In this document: positions 1 to 7,780 of the stretch, one piece after another
How the letters are laid out: each line of letters opens with the position of its first letter
How positions within the stretch are numbered: position 1 is the stretch's first letter
NCBI GenBank assembly: GCA_965657355.1
Contig: CBFHOE010000001.1
Location: 261,756 to 274,265, forward strand
Direction: 5' to 3'
DNA from: Limisphaerales bacterium
GTDB taxonomy: Bacteria; Verrucomicrobiota; Verrucomicrobiia; Limisphaerales; JAJOIW01
DNA length: 12,510 nucleotides
Notes under the pieces: generated by a model
Database searches by the model: none
Seen by the model: the letters and a program-made list of their open reading frames with translations, nothing else
What the model was told of the DNA's origin: nothing
Program-made: the position numbers and the translations under genes

Positions 1-786
1 GGTTAATTTTAGTGCCTTAAGACCGGATTTTATGATGTTCCGAGCCATGGCTTCTCCGTGAGTATTTTTGGGAGAGGATTTTCCGGGGGTTTTGCCAGCT
101 CGAGCTTTGGCTATATTGGACAATAAATCTTGATGGAATTTCTTACTTCCATAGAACCACCCTCGCTGTAGTGGTTTCCATTCTGCCGCGAGCTCCTCGT
201 CTATGTGAGATCCCGACGCCATTTTTCCAGCACTACTTACTTGTTGATAATATTTTTTTCTCCCCGTTGTATCGTCTTTTAGTTTTGAGTCTCCGAGGAT
301 TTTGGATGTTTGGATCCATTTTGCTCTTTTGCTTTTTGGGGCTTTGTAATCCAAAAGCGAAGACCATTTGAAATTGGCTAAATTAGCTTTTGTCGACTTA
401 TTCCAAACTGGGGCAGAGTGGATGAAATCTCCTGCAGCTTTGAAAATTCCCTTCGCTTTAGGATCAATTATCACAGAACGATACCTTCTTGGGAAAAGCG
501 ATTCTCTGCGATTTCGCTTTTTATTGACTTTTGCCGTAAAAGCCCCCTGAAACCATTTCATACCGTCCACTAAGTTTGGTTCTGGGCATTCGAGTAATAA
601 GTAGTAGCCTTCTTTGACCAATGAATAGGCGTGAATTTTCCACCCTGTCTTGTTGCAGGTTTCCATCAGGCAGTCGAGAAATATCCGACGCTCATCATCA
701 TCTCGGAATAGCCCGTTTCGGGCTTCTGATTTATTAGTTACCAGGTAAAATGCTCCTGACACTTGAATTCTTAATTGGCGGGCCAT
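1..786 (-). CDS. REP-associated tyrosine transposase (RAYT, Y1_Tnp/IS200-like HUH fold) homologue with substituted catalytic residues; 3' end runs off the window
   Basis: Manual translation from ATG at 786 gives 262 codons with no stop: MARQLRIQVSGAFYLVTNKSEARNGLFRDDDERRIFLDCLMETCNKTGWKIHAYSLVKEGYYLLLECPEPNLVDGMKWFQGAFTAKVNKKRNRRESLFPRRYRSVIIDPKAKGIFKAAGDFIHSAPVWNKSTKANLANFKWSSLLDY...WKPLQRGWFYGSKKFHQDLL...HGEAMARNIIKSGLKALKLT. This is collinear with the recalled PVC-type RAYT pattern (MARxLR..G..YHV; W.vHAycLM.NHfHL; NLv.GMkW; F.gRY.s; DYvHLNP; WSS; RGW..Gs..F). The ORF track omits it, probably because its stop lies outside the window. Confidence 0.88.
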   Translation of the reverse strand, partial: MARQLRIQVSGAFYLVTNKSEARNGLFRDDDERRIFLDCLMETCNKTGWKIHAYSLVKEGYYLLLECPEPNLVDGMKWFQGAFTAKVNKKRNRRESLFPRRYRSVIIDPKAKGIFKAAGDFIHSAPVWNKSTKANLANFKWSSLLDYKAPKSKRAKWIQTSKILGDSKLKDDTTGRKKYYQQVSSAGKMASGSHIDEELAAEWKPLQRGWFYGSKKFHQDLLSNIAKARAGKTPGKSSPKNTHGEAMARNIIKSGLKALKLT

Positions 787-1199
787 GGTTGCTTGAGTTG
801 CTATTTTAGTGGACTCGAAGTTGGGTGTTTAATGAATCTGAAAATACCAGCCTAACCGCAAATTCCAACAAAAAAACGCCAATATAAGCTAAATTTTTGA
901 GAATCGCAAATGTCGTGCATGCAAATTTCCGTTTTTTCTATACAAGATTCAATATGAGTCGGTTTTATTTATTCGGTGTGATCCTTATCTTCTGCGTGCC
1001 ACCTTGAGAATCTTAAAAATTACCAGAATCTTGCAGTATCCCAGCACAGTAAGAAGAAATTTACGGTTCAGAGCTTATTTTCCAATCTGCAGCACATTTC
1101 AAAATGAAAAGATATATTCAAATTATTTCATTCCCAACAAGCCTTCAAATAGTTGCTTGAATTCAAAAAATGTGTAAGATGAAATTCCAATCACCTCAT

Positions 1200-2993
1200 A
1201 TGAAAAAGAGAAAAGCTGCAAATTTAGTATCCGTTTTTCTGACTGTTCTCGCCGCATTATACTGCGCATCAGCAAGCTCATCAGCAGCTGAAATTGAACT
1301 CAGTTTGAAATCAGGACAATCATTAAAAGGGAATGTCATATCCATAGATGCCCGCGGTATTGCCATTAGCCAAGGAGGCTCTATCAAAAACATCGAACCT
1401 GGGCAACTTTCCGATAACTCAAAGTCGGCTTTCGATGGCTGGCTCTCTGGAAATTCAAAGGCTCCCAATATTAAAGCAGACGTGGAACTCAGCCTGAAGA
1501 CCGAAACGGGAACATTGGCATACGATACGAACCAATTGACTGCCGAGAAGGGGGCACTAGTTCGGGTAACTTTAATCAATGAAGACAGTCTTCCCCACAA
1601 CATCGTTTTTAGTAAAAGTCCTGACGCTAATTCAGGCCAGGCAATCGCAGCCGCTGCTTTAGATTTAGGTGGTGAAGGAATGGCAAAGCAATGGATCCCT
1701 GAGGCAGGAAACATACTTGCGGCAAGTTCCATGGCTGATCCAAAAAAGAATGTTGTCGTTTACTTCACTGCACCAAAAGTTGACGGCGAATTTCCCTATG
1801 TTTGTACATTTCCTGGCCATTCACTCGTCATGAAAGGCATTCTAAAGATTGGGGAGTCTCAGCCAAAACAACTACAAGGCGATTTTAATCTTACTAACTT
1901 AACTTTTGATGTTTTTAAGGGGTCATTTGACAAGCTCCCTGATTTTTCTGCTCTTAAACCAAATCGCTCTGGAAAAATTAAAAGCAATAAGATCAATCTT
2001 CGAAGCACCAAAGAAAAAGAAGCTTTTGCAGCTGTTTTCAAGGGGGAACTTGAACTTCCACAAGATGGAAAGTATTCCATTGGTTTGTCCAGTGACGATG
2101 GATCAAGGCTCCTCATTGATGGTAAAGTGATCATTGATAATGATGGTGTTCATGGAATGAAAACCAAATCAGCTTCACCGAGCTTGAAGTCAGGTTCCCA
2201 CAAATTAGTGGTTCAATATTTTGAGAAGTCTGGTGGGGAGGAGATCGAAATTTCGATGAAATCTCCTTCTGGTAAATTATTAGCCCTCACGCCCGGAGGC
2301 AACCAGCGAAGAAAGGGGAATAACAACGTGGGTATTCCACTTTATCCTTTAGCCGGGGAAGCTATGATTTACAGAAATTTTATAGCGAATGTCGGCACGG
2401 CTCGTGGAATAGGTGTAGGATTCAGCGAAGGAATACATTACGCATATGACGCTCAAAATGGAAGAGTGGCCATGATCTGGAAAGGCGGATTTATTGATGC
2501 AAAGCGCCACTGGACCGGGCGTGGTCAAGGTTACCAGCCACCTAGTGAATCATTCATTGAAATTGATACTCTTGGAGCCATCATTGCCGATCTGGAAGCA
2601 GTGGGTCAAGATTGGCCAGCTGCAGATTATGTCGCAAACGGAAAAAGCGCTGATTATTCCCAAAGCGGTAAACCCAGTAATTTTCGTTTTCTCGGATACA
2701 CACTTAATAACAAAAGGCATCCTATTTTTTCTTGGACTTGGAATGGCCTGAGGGTCACTGATTACACTCGGCCCAATAAAGCTGGTGGTATGAGAAGGAC
2801 TTTAACATTTAAGGGACAGCCCAATAAATTAGATGGCAAACCTTTTTTACGTCTTGGTTCCGGCGATTCTGACAAGCTCGAAATCAAGATACCTCGATCG
2901 GTTGACAAAGTGATCGCGGATGACGGTATACGTATTCCAATTAAGCTCAAAAACGGCGAATACAAAGTCTCCATAAACTACAACTTTAAATAA
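1200..2993 (+). CDS. Exported multidomain protein: signal peptide, SHD1-like small domain, azurin/auracyanin-like type-1 copper domain, PA14 domain, PVC-type C-terminal domain
   Basis: Long ORF (track start 1170). ATG at 1200 is preferred because MKKRK + hydrophobic stretch + ASSSAA looks like a Sec signal. Type-1 Cu ligands are present in LPHNIV (H143) and YVCTFPGHSLVM (C212, H217, M221; track numbering). PA14 motifs: LSSDDGSRLLIDG, IDNDGVHG, YFEKSGGE. C-terminal block YRNFI...RGIGVGF...W.GGFIDAKRHWTGRGQG. The SHD1-like call is tentative. Confidence 0.85.
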   Translation: MKKRKAANLVSVFLTVLAALYCASASSSAAEIELSLKSGQSLKGNVISIDARGIAISQGGSIKNIEPGQLSDNSKSAFDGWLSGNSKAPNIKADVELSLKTETGTLAYDTNQLTAEKGALVRVTLINEDSLPHNIVFSKSPDANSGQAIAAAALDLGGEGMAKQWIPEAGNILAASSMADPKKNVVVYFTAPKVDGEFPYVCTFPGHSLVMKGILKIGESQPKQLQGDFNLTNLTFDVFKGSFDKLPDFSALKPNRSGKIKSNKINLRSTKEKEAFAAVFKGELELPQDGKYSIGLSSDDGSRLLIDGKVIIDNDGVHGMKTKSASPSLKSGSHKLVVQYFEKSGGEEIEISMKSPSGKLLALTPGGNQRRKGNNNVGIPLYPLAGEAMIYRNFIANVGTARGIGVGFSEGIHYAYDAQNGRVAMIWKGGFIDAKRHWTGRGQGYQPPSESFIEIDTLGAIIADLEAVGQDWPAADYVANGKSADYSQSGKPSNFRFLGYTLNNKRHPIFSWTWNGLRVTDYTRPNKAGGMRRTLTFKGQPNKLDGKPFLRLGSGDSDKLEIKIPRSVDKVIADDGIRIPIKLKNGEYKVSINYNFK

Positions 2994-3005
2994 GAAATTT
3001 TAAAT

Positions 3006-4499
3006 ATGAAAATTAAAGAGATGATTAAGATTTTAACAAAAGCGACTTTTGGCCTATTGGTTGCTTCAAGCACACTTGTATTCGCCGAGGAATCTCAGAG
3101 TGATTACTACACCATTCACAATATAGAAGCTCCTTCTGGAATTGTTCCAGAAGTCGGAGGTATTGAGATTGGTCCAAAGGGAGAGCTTTATGTGTCGACC
3201 CGTCGTGGTAATATTCACCATATCACGAACTATGGCCCTGGTCAGAAGCCCGTATGGAAATTGTGGGCACAGGGTCTTCATGAGCCTCTTGGTATTGCCT
3301 GGAAAGATGGATGGCTTTACGCTACTCAGCGCCCCGAAGTCACAAAAATTAAAGACAAAGATGGCGACAACAGAGCTGACATCTTCAGAACCATCTCCGA
3401 TCGTTGGGGCATCAACGGCGATTACCATGAATATGCATTCGGTACAAGTCATGATAAATCTGACAATATTTGGGTCGTTTTGTGCCTGACTGGTTCCGGC
3501 GGGTATAGTAGTGATTTTCGTGGTTGGGCGATGAAGGTAACACCGCGTGGAAAAGCCATACCTATTGCATCTGGAATACGATCTCCGGGAGGTATTGGTT
3601 TCAATGACGCCGGTGATGTTTTCTATTGTGATAACCAAGGTCTTTGGAATGGTTCGAGCTCATTGAAGCACCTTGCGCCTGGCTCATTTCAAGGAAATCC
3701 GACTGGTTGGAAAGCATATGAAGACTTGTCAGACTCCCTGCTGGGTGGACGTCCAGTGCAACCAGAATCCAAAAGCCGTGTATCTACCGAGCTAAAGAAG
3801 ATTAGTTCCTTCGTCCCACCCGCAGCCGTGCTGCCCCACGGCAGAATGGGGCAATCACCAACTGGAATTATCCCATTTCCTAAAGATGGAAGTTTTGGTC
3901 CTTATGAAGGTCAGCTTATGGTCGGTGAGCAGACATATTCCGAAATACAAAGGGTATACCTTGAGCAGGTCAATGGCGTTTATCAAGGTGCCGCTTTTCA
4001 TTTTCTTTCTGGCTTCGGCTCTGGAAATATAGCGCTCAAAATGTCCGAAGATGGAGTTTTGATCACCGGAGGCTCCAACAGAGGTTGGGGAGCAAAAGGT
4101 GGCAAAACATTCGCATTAGAAAGTGTTCATTGGAATGGCAAAGTTCCATTTGAAGTTCAAAAAATGAACGCCCTCAATGATGGATTTAAATTAACTTTTA
4201 CTCATAAAGTAGATCCAAAAACTGCAGGATCTTTAGATTCCTATAAAATGGAGGCCTTTACATACATATACCAGAGCGGATATGGAAGCCCAGAAGTTGA
4301 TAAACTAGAGCCTAAAGTGACAGGTGCTAAAGTTTCTGAAGATGGAATGTCTGTTGTTCTCACCGTCGATAAGTTGACCGAAGGTCACGTTCACGAATTG
4401 GCAATGGCCGGTGTGAAATCATCAGCAGGAAAACCACTCTTGCACGCCAAAGCATATTATACATTGAACGAGATTCCGAGCCCTAACTCGATCCGTTAA
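3006..4499 (+). CDS. Exported beta-propeller protein, glucose/sorbosone dehydrogenase-like ('large multifunctional secreted protein' type)
   Basis: 497-aa ORF 12 bp after the previous stop. It has a signal peptide ending VFA and the motifs STRRG, GLHEPLG, QRPEVTKIKDKDGDNRAD (DxDGD), GDYHEYAFG, GIRSPGG and YCDNQGLW, which are typical of this PVC/Bacteroidota family. Confidence 0.8.
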   Translation: MKIKEMIKILTKATFGLLVASSTLVFAEESQSDYYTIHNIEAPSGIVPEVGGIEIGPKGELYVSTRRGNIHHITNYGPGQKPVWKLWAQGLHEPLGIAWKDGWLYATQRPEVTKIKDKDGDNRADIFRTISDRWGINGDYHEYAFGTSHDKSDNIWVVLCLTGSGGYSSDFRGWAMKVTPRGKAIPIASGIRSPGGIGFNDAGDVFYCDNQGLWNGSSSLKHLAPGSFQGNPTGWKAYEDLSDSLLGGRPVQPESKSRVSTELKKISSFVPPAAVLPHGRMGQSPTGIIPFPKDGSFGPYEGQLMVGEQTYSEIQRVYLEQVNGVYQGAAFHFLSGFGSGNIALKMSEDGVLITGGSNRGWGAKGGKTFALESVHWNGKVPFEVQKMNALNDGFKLTFTHKVDPKTAGSLDSYKMEAFTYIYQSGYGSPEVDKLEPKVTGAKVSEDGMSVVLTVDKLTEGHVHELAMAGVKSSAGKPLLHAKAYYTLNEIPSPNSIR

Positions 4500-4527
4500 A
4501 TTTTTAAATTTTAATATTTTATCCTGT

Positions 4528-4559
4528 AAAAAACCCTCTAATGAGGGTTTTTATTTTTT
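4528..4559 (+). terminator. Rho-independent terminator, possibly bidirectional
   Basis: AAAAAACCCTC-TAAT-GAGGGTTTTT followed by ATTTTTT, starting about 30 bp after the stop at 4499. A-tract on one side and T-tract on the other. Confidence 0.85.
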
Positions 4560-5193
4560 AAATACTTTACTAACTCAAATAAATGACCGTCGCTTGTCAG
4601 ATTTCATTAATGAAATACACGTTTTAAATTAAGCTCACACCCTAAAAAATTTAATCCACATCAACTTTGGAAATACCGCAATGCCAAATAAAAATTCAAG
4701 AGGTTAGTTTGCCTTTTTCGGGGTAATTTTTACAAATCAGGGGAGGGTAATTCTCAATGCTTATTGATTATTGAATTCCATCGCATCATGAAACGCATGA
4801 ATTTTTGAAAAGTTCATGATTTTTGAGAGGCTTCAAGATTTCTCAAAAGGGGCGACTCTTCGGTCCTCTAAACTACAACCAAACGTAAAGCTCTAGAATG
4901 TCTCGCCAAATGGGGTGTGAGTTTGGAGAAATGGATCTTATACTATCACTCGCAATCAAAAGTTGGAACGTGGCAACTTTGCTGGAAACAGCAACGTGCT
5001 TATCGAGATTCTGCTCCATTTTCATAGGGCAAATAAGGTTTCAGCCCCATCGTATTTGTTGCCCTTGATTATAAAAGGAAAAGGTAGATTCTGCCGCCAA
5101 AATAGGACTCTACATACTTATCGAGTGCATAAAAATTTTTTCAGTGATAATCTTTCTTTCGAAAAATCAATTTAAGTTGCTCGGGGAAGGGGG

Positions 5194-5283
5194 TGGCGGA
5201 GAGAGGGGGATTCGAACCCCCGACACCCTTTCGAGTGCGCACGCTTTCCAGGCGTGTGCCTTAAACCGCTCAGCCATCTCTCC
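5194..5283 (-). tRNA. tRNA-Ser (anticodon GGA)
   Basis: Minus strand reads GGAGAGATGGCTGAGCGGTTTAAGGCACACGCCTGGAAAGCGTGCGCACTCGAAAGGGTGTCGGGGGTTCGAATCCCCCTCTCTCCGCCA. Acceptor stem GGAGAGA/TCTCTCC, anticodon arm CACGC-CTGGAAA-GCGTG, long variable arm, GTTCGAATC T-loop, G discriminator and encoded CCA; 90 nt. Confidence 0.98.
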
Positions 5284-5307
5284 AGGCGTTTGTGCCAGCG
5301 GTATACT

Positions 5308-5345
5308 GGGGCGGATAATATGATAAATCCTTAGTTACGATTCAA
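5308..5345 (-). promoter_or_regulatory. Possible sigma70 promoter for tRNA-Ser
   Basis: Minus strand has TTGAAT (5345-5340), then CATATT at 17 bp or TATTAT at 19 bp spacing, followed by GC-rich CCGCCCC (discriminator-like). The spacing is imperfect. Confidence 0.35.
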
Positions 5346-5380
5346 TCTTTTTTTCTGGTAAAACAAGAAGCCAGTAAATT

Positions 5381-6247
5381 CTAATCCGATCGAGGCTTTA
5401 AACCTAAATTTTTAGTAGTCATCCCTTGTCCGTTTTTCAGGATACAATATGGCTGACTTATTTTAATGGCAGTCGATTCAAAAAGTTCCGTGCTTTCAGT
5501 ATTAAACTCAAACATGTCATAATGGCATGGGATGACACAGGATGCCCCGATGTCCTTAGCCAACGATACGGCTTGTTGGCCATCAAGATTTCCAGCAACT
5601 CTCCTCTCTGGCTTTCTGCCATTTATGGGAAGTAATGCAATATCGATTTTAAATGGGGTCAAAACGTCTTTTATGCCTTCATACAAAAGCGTGTCACCAG
5701 AATGGTATATACTCCACTTTCCAACCTTCAGAACATAACCCATGTAATGACAGCTCCCAAATTGGTCTCTATCTACCCTTTCGTGGGCTGCGGGAACTCC
5801 TGAAATTTCTACCCCACAGCATTCTCTAGACTCATTATCGTTGAGGCCCAGAGGCCAATTGGCATCGCAATTTAAACGATTAGCTATAAAATTTCTATTT
5901 GCCTCAGGTATAATAAATGTAATTGAGGGGTTCGCTAAAAATAAAGGGTCTAGAGTTGATGCATCAAGATGGTCGGTATGGTTGTGTGATGATGTGACAA
6001 TGTCGATAAAATCCAACTTGTTCGGAGACACTACTTTTTCAGTAATTCTCACGTGCGGCTTATCTGTTTTGGAATACTTCTCTGTCAATGAGTCGGATAA
6101 ATAAGGATCAAATAAAACGTTAGCCACTTTTGAGCAAACCAAAAAGCCCGATTGACCGACCCACCAAATAGACAGACTCTCATCATTAGGTATAGAGCTC
6201 TTTACGGACTCAACAAATGCTTCATCTTTTAAAAAAGCTTTTTTCAT
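5381..6247 (-). CDS. Metallo-beta-lactamase-fold hydrolase (UlaG-like / Lactamase_B_2-3 type)
   Basis: 288 aa with WWVGQSGFL, FDPYLS, SHNHTDHLD (HxHxDH), PAAH, YHSGDT, LPING and IPCHY motifs. Confidence 0.92.
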   Translation of the reverse strand: MKKAFLKDEAFVESVKSSIPNDESLSIWWVGQSGFLVCSKVANVLFDPYLSDSLTEKYSKTDKPHVRITEKVVSPNKLDFIDIVTSSHNHTDHLDASTLDPLFLANPSITFIIPEANRNFIANRLNCDANWPLGLNDNESRECCGVEISGVPAAHERVDRDQFGSCHYMGYVLKVGKWSIYHSGDTLLYEGIKDVLTPFKIDIALLPINGRKPERRVAGNLDGQQAVSLAKDIGASCVIPCHYDMFEFNTESTELFESTAIKISQPYCILKNGQGMTTKNLGLKPRSD

Positions 6248-6254
6248 TAGTCAT

Positions 6255-7244
6255 TTATGATTGGGTCGTTTTCAATTCTGGACCAGAGGTTTGAGGTCGC
6301 TTAACCAATTTTCCAATATCCAGTGAAGGCAAGATTGATTCTATTTTTTTAGCTAAATTTTTAGGCAATTCCGATAGGCCGGAAATTATCACATTTCTGA
6401 TTTTTAATCGTGCCCACTGTCGAGCTTCTTTCTTGTGGGTTTTACTTTGCCCGTGGATAAGGTAGGCTTTTGTCAGATACCCGACGCGAAGGGTTACCAA
6501 AGCAGCACCTATTCCTTGAGCTGCAGATTTACCAGCAATTGTGCCTACTGCCGGAAGCGCATCACCAAACTCTAAATCATTAATTTGGTCGATGACCAAG
6601 GCCCCAATTCCAACCAAAAGATAGAGCTTAAGTAAATCGGGTAAAGAGGGTCTAATTCCCATTTCGCTCACAACATTTTTGATAAGAGACAGGTTAATAG
6701 TCAGAAGTAAAAAAGTGTCCAGAGGGCCATTCTGAGAAACGGACACAGCAAGGAAAGCGACCTTAGATTTATTCAAGACTACGGAATCCATTGCCTCAGC
6801 CTTTTTTTCGACAATATCTTTTAAGCATGAATTAAGATCTTTTTTGAAAGTCAAATGATATTGGAGTTTCCTATTCTCTTCTTTGCTCAAGTCTATGTTT
6901 TTCAACATGTATTTGGCTTGGCGATTAAGCCAAGCATCTGATGGGGATGAATTTTGGTCTACAAGGGGTGACCAATCCCTTGTTTTTTTAGTGAATACTG
7001 AAAGAAAAGGGAAAATACCAAGCCAAATAATTGCGATACTCAAGAACACATAAAACACCCACATTAATGCCCCATGAACTTGAGCTAATCTATGGCCGGT
7101 CTCAAGAACTGCTGAAAAAACAGTTAGCCCAAATAATGCTCCCAACAATAATCCCATGCCCAGTAATTTGGGGAAAATGCCGGCAAACAAAGAGTTTTTT
7201 CGTATTTTGGACTCCGTATTTTTATCGTTGGCACCCGAATTCAT
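6255..7244 (-). CDS. YcjF/DUF697 (UPF0283)-like membrane protein
   Basis: Two N-terminal hydrophobic segments, then AVSVSQNGPLD, G.RP and KSAAQGIGAALVTLRVG, which match the YcjF/DUF697 pattern. The start is uncertain (GTG 7268 in the track; ATG 7244 chosen). It ends 7 bp before the MBL gene, so the two are probably co-transcribed. Confidence 0.75.
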   Translation of the reverse strand: MNSGANDKNTESKIRKNSLFAGIFPKLLGMGLLLGALFGLTVFSAVLETGHRLAQVHGALMWVFYVFLSIAIIWLGIFPFLSVFTKKTRDWSPLVDQNSSPSDAWLNRQAKYMLKNIDLSKEENRKLQYHLTFKKDLNSCLKDIVEKKAEAMDSVVLNKSKVAFLAVSVSQNGPLDTFLLLTINLSLIKNVVSEMGIRPSLPDLLKLYLLVGIGALVIDQINDLEFGDALPAVGTIAGKSAAQGIGAALVTLRVGYLTKAYLIHGQSKTHKKEARQWARLKIRNVIISGLSELPKNLAKKIESILPSLDIGKLVKRPQTSGPELKTTQS

Positions 7245-7348
7245 AACTCCAAACCGAATCCTACACAATTTCTGAAATGATACAAATAGTTCTCCGCCAG
7301 TAGGCTTTCAAATTCAGGAAGTATATCAGAAATTTGATTAAAAATCTG

Positions 7349-7385
7349 TTGACCATAAATAACAAAGATTGTATTGTGCCCGTCC
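7349..7385 (+). promoter_or_regulatory. Sigma70-type promoter for tRNA-Asp with GC-rich discriminator
   Basis: TTGACC (7349-7354), a 17-bp spacer, TATTGT (7372-7377), then GCCCGTCC. AT-rich sequence lies upstream and the tRNA begins about 25 nt after the -10 box. This is the typical layout of a stable-RNA promoter. Confidence 0.65.
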
Positions 7386-7401
7386 TCAATAACCAATGAT
7401 T

Positions 7402-7478
7402 GGGGGTGTAGCTCAATTGGTTAGAGTACCTGCCTGTCACGCAGGTGGTTGCGGGTTCGAGTCCCGTCACTCCCGCCA
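7402..7478 (+). tRNA. tRNA-Asp (anticodon GTC)
   Basis: Acceptor stem GGGGGTG/CACTCCC, D-arm GCTC..GAGT, anticodon arm CCTGC-CTGTCAC-GCAGG, T-arm GCGGG-TTCGAGT-CCCGT, GCCA end; 77 nt. Confidence 0.98.
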
Positions 7479-7780
7479 TTTACTTTTTCGCCACCTTTTT
7501 TCTCCAAAATCCTTTTTTTACTCATTTATCCTTGGGTGTCGACATTGTTTTATGATTTGCCCGCACTTGTTGTTTTTCCGGGTAGCTATGACAAAAGCCT
7601 AAATTATCGACAAATGACGGCCTTGAATACTTGGAATCGAAAGCTCTTTTTAAATCTATTGCTGAAAAAATTCTTAATAATTAAATTTTTTTCGAGTCCT
7701 GTGAAATTTATGAGCTGTCGCCTCAGATGCATACCGCCGCATGGATCCAATTCGGTTTATTTGAGTGGATATATTTTATA

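Noticed and set aside
171..550. Track ORFs 171..371 and 368..550 (+)
   Set aside because: They are antisense shadows of the RAYT-like minus-strand gene and show no recognisable motifs.
905..922. Sigma54-like site on the minus strand (ATGCACG-ACAT-TTGCG)
   Set aside because: It lacks the essential GG at -24.
954..1007. 17-codon hydrophobic mini-ORF MSRFYLFGVILIFCVPP
   Set aside because: Too short, no clear RBS, and expected by chance in T-rich DNA.
4963..5175. 70-aa track ORF and other short ORFs in the 4560-5190 gap
   Set aside because: TTG start, no recognisable motif, and no frame on either strand gave a protein I recognise (including integrase).
5194..5283. Possibility that the long-variable-arm tRNA is tRNA-Sec, given the nearby selenoprotein
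   Set aside because: The anticodon is GGA, not TCA, and the acceptor stem is a standard 7 bp.
5194..7478. Genomic island attachment sites at the tRNA 3' ends
   Set aside because: I saw no convincing duplicated tRNA 3' end and no integrase in the window. The short TCCCGCCA match near 9011 is inside DUF1501 coding sequence.
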